A stretch of 64,000 nt of DNA from assembly GCA_010909165.1 (NCBI GenBank), contig VJWM01000119.1, forward strand, positions 124,001-188,000, given 5' to 3'. The stretch is from Anthoceros angustus. Lineage: Eukaryota; Plantae; Anthocerotophyta. This document shows, piece by piece, positions 57,951 through 64,000 of the stretch. The notes beneath the pieces are model-generated. The model was not told the origin of the DNA. It made no database searches and worked only from the letters and a program-made list of their open reading frames with translations. How positions within the stretch are numbered: position 1 is the stretch's first letter; every line of letters begins with the position of its first letter. The position numbers were made by a program, and so were the translations under genes.

Positions 57951-59011
57951 TACCTATTCCAAATAAAGTGCTCAACGTGGAGGTTTTTGAAGGCGAGTTT
58001 CTTGTGCATAAAACCAGTCGAAAACTTGGTATGTGATGCAGGCTTCACCGCACTGCAGTATTGGAAAAGGAAATAACCCTCACACCGTCACAGCAGCACC
58101 AAATTTGTCACGCCTCCAAGGCATGGAGGCTAACCTGGTTGGTCATGCAAGGTGGTGAAGTGCTTTCGTTGAAGTCGAAGTCCTGGGTCCATAGGATGCC
58201 CATTTTTTGTAGGACGTCCTTGTTTCGGTACTGTACAATGAGATCCCTGGAGCGGTCAATTGGAAAAAGGGCTTTGTGCAGGTCATCCACAACAACTCCC
58301 ATGTCCCTCTGCCTTCACAAGGTGGAATGAACCGAAATTCGGGGTGAAGGCGGCTTGGACCCGCTTCTTTTAGTGCAGTGTGCAAATGGGTGTGCATTCA
58401 GCCATCTTTCATAGCCATAATCGCATCGCCGTCCGCCATAGCCATGATGTTTTGCATGTCAGCCAGCAGTGGGTTTTCCGGGACGTGGTATGCACGCGGT
58501 ATGTGCCGTCCCTACACACGACACATATTGTGTACACAAAATGGCGTACATGGCTGATGGCCATGTATGCCGTCTACCGACGTATCGAAGGGCAGGACCT
58601 CGTATACGACGCACGCCATGTTTGTTGCTTTCGTACATGCCACATAGCCACAAAAGTAAGCTCGGAAATCTGGATCTCCGGATCCTCGCATTGGCAAACG
58701 CGTCTCGTGACCACAACAACCCGCAACATCACCACGTTATTTTAACCTGCAATTCCAAGAGGCACTATATTAATGTCACGTAGTAAGGATAAAAGACACA
58801 CAAAGAAGAAGCCAACCTGGCTGCGCCTACCACGGATTACGTTTTCATTCTAGGTCCTTCGATACCACCCCGCATACAAATGGGACCAGAATATTCAAAG
58901 GAGTGCAATGATGAACCTCATTCAACATTAGTATTTTAAGCTTGCAAGTGGAAAAAGATGGGAAGTGCGAGTAATAGGAACACAATGCACCCGCTGCTGA
59001 AGAAAAAAGTG

Positions 59012-59840
59012 TTATAAGGAGGTGTTACAAAGGAAGGCTTGTATGTCATGCCTCTTTCCACACCAAAACATGTAACGGTTCAGGGGGCCGTAACAAAAAT
59101 TAAACTGTGTCAAATAACCGTAACATGGACACCCTGTTTCTACTAGTGGAGGGAAGAAGCCACAGGCTAGAGCAGGCCAAGATGGAAGCGCATCGCAATA
59201 GAGAAGGTGGTTGTGCAATGTGAAAACCCCGCATACATGGACGAGCCAGTAGCCAGGCGCCTGCGCCGTTCCCAAAGTAAGAGCGAAGCCGTGCTCTTGT
59301 GGACCTGGAGATGAAGGAGTCCGTGAGGACGGACTGGAAGGCCTGACCAAGCGACTTCTCAAGTAGGGATGCCTGCAACCCCCTGAAACCATCAGTGATG
59401 AATGTTTGAAGGGAGGGAAGTCATGCTGTGCATCAGGCGATAACATATCCCTGGCCAGCCTGAGGGATACTTGGAGAGGGATTTCCCTCTCCAAGTATCT
59501 CTCAAGGGAACTTTCAAGTTCCCTCCTCCACTCATGATACAAAATCCTCCAGAAAGGGCTTGTTCCGGAGGATGAAGCGGGAGGCCAAAGCAAGGGTGTA
59601 GAGGGCCAGATGCCCAAGAACGCTACCGGGGAAGATACCTCCAGCGACAGCAGACCTATTCCTCCAAATTGTACTGGCAGGGATGCTTGCCAGCGAGCAA
59701 GATCGCCTGCAGGGCACCCCCAAAATCATAGGCTGGGGGCTGGAGCAATCTCCTGTGCAGGGAATCACATAGTAAGGGGGATCCCCAACTGAGACTAGAC
59801 ACCACACATATAACAACACGATACATGCGTTTTGACACTT
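59012..59840 (-). mobile_element. Decayed RLE-type (CRE/NeSL-like) non-LTR retrotransposon, RT thumb to zinc-knuckle region
   Basis: Reads WQASLPVQFGGIGLLS...AFLGIW, ARLRSYFGNGAGAWLLARP, FSIAMRFHLGL and CPC...RHD across frameshifts. Confidence 0.72.
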
Positions 59841-60216
59841 AAAAGAAATCTGGACTCAACAACCATTCCACATGTGCACACTATGAGAGAAAATATAACT
59901 ATTCAACAATTTGATAAAATTGGGTGAGAGCATAGTTACGAAGATTATGTATTTTGAATTAGCTTCTAATGTGCACAAGAGAAAATCCAACCATATTAAT
60001 AGTCATCCACAAAAAAAAAAAAAACCAACTCGGCGCAATGCAATGTGGTTTAGTTCATGATTAAAAAAACAACTTGGCGCAGTACAACGTGGTTTGGTCT
60101 AATGGTAAGTTTCGTTGCATTGTTCAAGGAGGTTCTTAGTTTGTACAAATTTATCTTTCTTTTTGGAGTGAACGTAGCCAAGGGTTCATTGGAACTCCGT
60201 GATTAATCAACCCCTA

Positions 60217-60350
60217 TTTTGAAGTTCTTCAGGACCGGCACGTGATATTTGATGATCTCTACTGACTCACCCTATTTTATGATATTTTTTGAAGTTCTTC
60301 GGGACCACCGCTTGATATTTGATGATCTCTGCTGACTCGCCCTATTTTAT
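60217..60350. repeat. 70-bp tandem duplication upstream of NMCP
   Basis: ttttgaagttcttc.ggacc...tgatatttgatgatctct.ctgactc.ccctattttatg at 60217 and 60287. Confidence 0.85.
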
Positions 60351-61128
60351 GCTGTTTGTGACTCACCCTTGTTTACGATCTCTGTTGACTCACCCCCCGT
60401 AAGGCCTGTTGTAAGGTTTTGAAGTTCCCTGATATATATATCCGATATAAGATCCTTTGGGTCCTCTAAATTACATGAAATATAAATACTCGATCAAATT
60501 CATTAAAAGACCTGATGAAATTCACTAAGAACAATTCGGCGCACTCCCGTCTCTGTCGTCAAATTTAAAAAAATAAAATAATTTCGAAGCTGTTCTCGGT
60601 GAAGTGATGATAAGAATTTTATGTATCTAAAATAAATATATGCAAATAAAACGACGTATAGTTCTTTACATGTTCCATGGATGTATGACTCCAGGTGAGA
60701 GATGGAAACAGGTCGAAGAGGAGAAAATAAGTCGAAGAGGGCGGCAGAAGTGCTTACGCCAGAATCGCCAGGGGAACGTTAGAAGTGACGAAGCGACCTC
60801 GATCCCAACGCGCAGCCACATCCGAGTGGCACAGTGGCGTGATTGCGGTGCGGCACTGTTGATGCGAGCGGCCGTACAGGAGCTGCGCGCTGCGGTGGCC
60901 ACATTTTCTTGCTTCACTTGCGGGTTCTGGGAGTTCGGAAATCAGGTGCAAGGGGATTCCAGGTCGCAGGGACTGTCCGTGGGGCAGACATGCGGGTTCT
61001 TTCTGCCCATCGGAGGCCGTGAAAGAAGCGGGGCCCGGCGGGGCATGCTGGCCTGAGAGCTGCATTTGAAGCGCGGCAGGGTTGGGTGGTGGCACAGGTT
61101 GTAGGCTGGCTGGAAGCGGTGCAGTTTG

Positions 61129-64000
61129 ATGTACACTCCTCAGCGGAAGGCCATGCCCGCCTGGGCGGGCCTTCCGTCGGCCGAGAGGAGGGAGCTGCGG
61201 GACAAGGGGAAGCTGCTGTCGTCTCCCGAGCTTCGGGCAATGGCCACCCCTGCCAGCGCGGGGACTGTCAGGGATGCACGCAGGGTGGAAAAGACCGTCG
61301 TGGAGCAGCAGGTTGTGGTGCAGGCCCCTCCCGTGGGCTCAATCTTGGAGGCCAACGGGCTGCTTGAGGAGAGCAAGTCGGAGCCGGAGATTTGGAGGCG
61401 GTTTCAGGAAGCTGGGGCCCTGGATGAGGAGTCGCTGGAGCGGAAGGATAGGGCGGCTCTGCAAGACCGCATCTCTACTCTTGAAGCTGAGGTTGGCACG
61501 GTCGTTTTTGGCTCAGTGCCTGTTTGGAGGAAGTCCAGCTTCCGCTAGGTTTTCTCGAGCAGAATGGAGCGGCTTGCTGGAATGTGGCAGTTGTGTTTGA
61601 GTTAGGGAATGCGTGGGAAGGCTCTGTGATTCTTGGATGAGAGGAATTTGGCGGTAAGACTGGCCTTTGAAGTACTAAACTGTTTTGGTGTGATGTAGCT
61701 GTACGACTACCAGTACAATATGGGGATGCTCCTGCTGGAGCGCAAGACCTGGAATACCAAGTTTGATGATCTCAAGGCTGCAGTAGCAGCTGGAGAAGAG
61801 AACCTACGGAGGGAGCAAGCTGCTCACTTGGCTGCTCTGGAGGAAGTTGAGAAACGGGATAATTCCCTGAAGAAGTCGTTGCAAATTGAGAAGCAATGTG
61901 TTGCTGATGTAAGATGCTGCAGTTTGTGGCTTTACTTTCTCTTTCCTGGTTTAAGCTTTGATTGTGCTGAATCGTCGTCTCTGAGACTTCTCAACTATGT
62001 CTTCAGCTGGAGAAGTCGTTGAAGGAAATGCAAGCTGAAGTAGCTGAAGTGAAACAGGCTGCTGAGAAGCAGCTTGCTGAAGCCCGGGAGATAACAGTTG
62101 GTATCGATGAAAAGGCTCTTCTGGCAGATTCGAAAGGTCATGCTGCAGAAGCCTTGAGAGCAGAAGCTAGTCGGAAACAGGCTGATGCTGACAGGAAGTT
62201 GCAAGAGGTGGAGGCTCGTGAGGGTGCTCTAAGGAGGGAACGGCACAGTTTCAAGACTGAGTGAGTGTGTCCAGGCTCTTTGGTCATGAATGGGATGTGT
62301 TGAACATTTTTTCTGACATGCAGAGTTCATCTGCCTCTTGCTGGTGAAAATGTAGGGATTTTTTAGTAGCTGGGATTGAATGTATGGAGTTTTTGCAGGA
62401 TGGAGGCACGCAGAGCAGAACTTGATCTTGAAGAGAGAGCTTTGAAAGAGTGGGAGAAGAAGTTGCAGGAAAGCCAGGAAAGGTTGCTTGAAGGGGAACG
62501 CCTACTGGCTAGAACAGAGCAATTTGTCAATGAGAGAGAGGTTTCGCTCAAACTGGTTGAGAAGGATCTAGAGGAGTCTAGGAAGTTGCTAGAAAAGGAA
62601 CGGATCGTGCTTCAGCAGACAGAGACGAGTTTGAGTGCCCAGCTTGCAGCAATCAACTTACGAGAAGAGGTAATGGCATGACCGCGTAGGGGGCTGCATT
62701 CCTGTTCTTAATCATGAGTAGCTTTATCTGGGGATTGTATGGGTATGTCCTACTCTTCAATTCATGGTTTGTAGCCTGACGGGTTGGGGATGGGGCTCTA
62801 TGCGGTACAGAATGCAATTGAAAGGGAGATATCAATCAATAAGAAACAGCAGGAGCTAATTCTCTCTCAAGAGATGCTGTCCAGCCGTGAAAGGGTATGC
62901 TCCTCAATCAGTTTGGTCATGAACGATGCAAGACTCAGTTGTTATCAGGAGGATCTGAGCACTGATCCTTTACTTGGCTGTCGCTTTTTCAGGTGCTTGA
63001 GCAACGTGAGAATCATTTGAAGGAGACTGAATCCTTTATTACTAAGGAGAGGGATCGCTTGGAAACCCTGGAGGGGTCCTTGAAGTCAAGACAGGAGAGT
63101 CTTACTGAACAGCAAAAGGAGCTGGTATTCTTGTCTTTCTATTCTACTCTTTGTTTATCATTCATCCCCTGGACGTCCTGGGGGACTTTCACTCATGCAA
63201 GTCTGTTTTGCAGGATGCTGTACGGAAGATTCTTGAAGATGATGACCTTGAGCTGCAGAAGAGAAAAGCAAAGTCTGATGAGATCTTGGGAGAGCTTGAG
63301 GATCGGCGCTCATCATTGAATTTAGAAAGTGAGAAGATCCGAGAAACCAGTAAAGCTTTGGATGAAAGGGAGGCCACACTGGAGCAGACTGCCCAGTCAA
63401 TTCGCAATCGGGAAATCCTTGTTAGTGAGAAGGTTGACAGTCTTGTTCGGAGGGAGAGGGATGTGGAGAATAAGCTTTTTGAAATCGCTGACAGGGAGCA
63501 GGAAATCAAGGATGCAGAGTTGCAGATCCAAGAAGAGAAACATCTTATTGAAATTGAGAAAGAGGAAGCCAGAAAAGGGAAAGATGAAGTTTTTGGCATG
63601 ATGAAAGAGCTTGAGATAGAGAAACAGCAGATCGAGGAGGAAAGAGAGAAGCTGAAAGCAATTGAGGAAGACAGAGCAGAGTTGCTGAGAATACAGACTC
63701 AGCTGAAAGAAGAGATTGACTCTTACAGGGCCAGTAAGCAGGAGGTAAGCATACAATTAGAAGCATTGATGAAGGACAAGAAGGAATTTGAGAGAAAGTG
63801 GGAAATCCTGGACCGGAAGAATGAAGAACTGAGGACAGAGGTGGAACGCTTTCAGCAGGAAAGTAGGGGGAAAAGTGAATGGTTTCAAGTAGAAGAAGAA
63901 AGACTGAAGAATGAGAGAAGGGAGCTGCAAGAGGAGTTTCGGAGAAACTCTGAGGCGCTTCGGTTGGAGAGAGAAGCGTTTCTCAGCAGCAGTGAAGAAG
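61129..64000 (+). CDS. NMCP: Nuclear matrix constituent protein (NMCP/CRWN lamin analogue), multi-exon, incomplete at the right edge
   Basis: MYTPQRK..W head, WRRFQEAGALDEESLERKDRAAL, E|LYDYQYNMGMLLLERK, EKQCVAD|LEKSL and a long coiled coil open at 64000. Confidence 0.93.

Overview
Compact, gene-dense nuclear DNA of a non-seed land plant. A hornwort such as Anthoceros is the most likely source; this is inferred from short introns, GC-rich exons, a PG-x-S-W-W type PLS-PPR and a cpSRP54 that keeps its SRP-RNA-binding motifs. GC-rich gene blocks alternate with AT-rich accessory islands (about 1-2.6, 19-28, 38-44 and 55-60.5 kb). Recognisable genes: an OTU deubiquitinase, two class II sHSPs, cpSRP54, an intronless CYP97C, RPL21, cytosolic TrpRS, a THESEUS1-like CrRLK1L kinase, a neprosin peptidase, RABA5, tRNA-Gly(TCC), a DnaJ protein, plastid RPL1, SnRK1 beta, a PLS-PPR, NIP7, an LRR receptor kinase and an NMCP/CRWN gene that runs off the right edge. 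The islands contain decayed TGS1-like, MRI1 and P450 fragments, a pro-domain-only neprosin paralogue, RLE-type non-LTR retrotransposon pieces with a shared 3' stem-loop, elements carrying a hairpin plus telomere-like repeats, an orphan ORF with a decayed twin, and many tandem duplications. The most interesting lead is the neprosin module. It has an intact secreted glutamic peptidase, a separate signal+pro-peptide-only copy, and a duplicate of the neprosin upstream block directly upstream of the CrRLK1L gene. Exon boundaries were read by eye, and no database searches or alignments were run.
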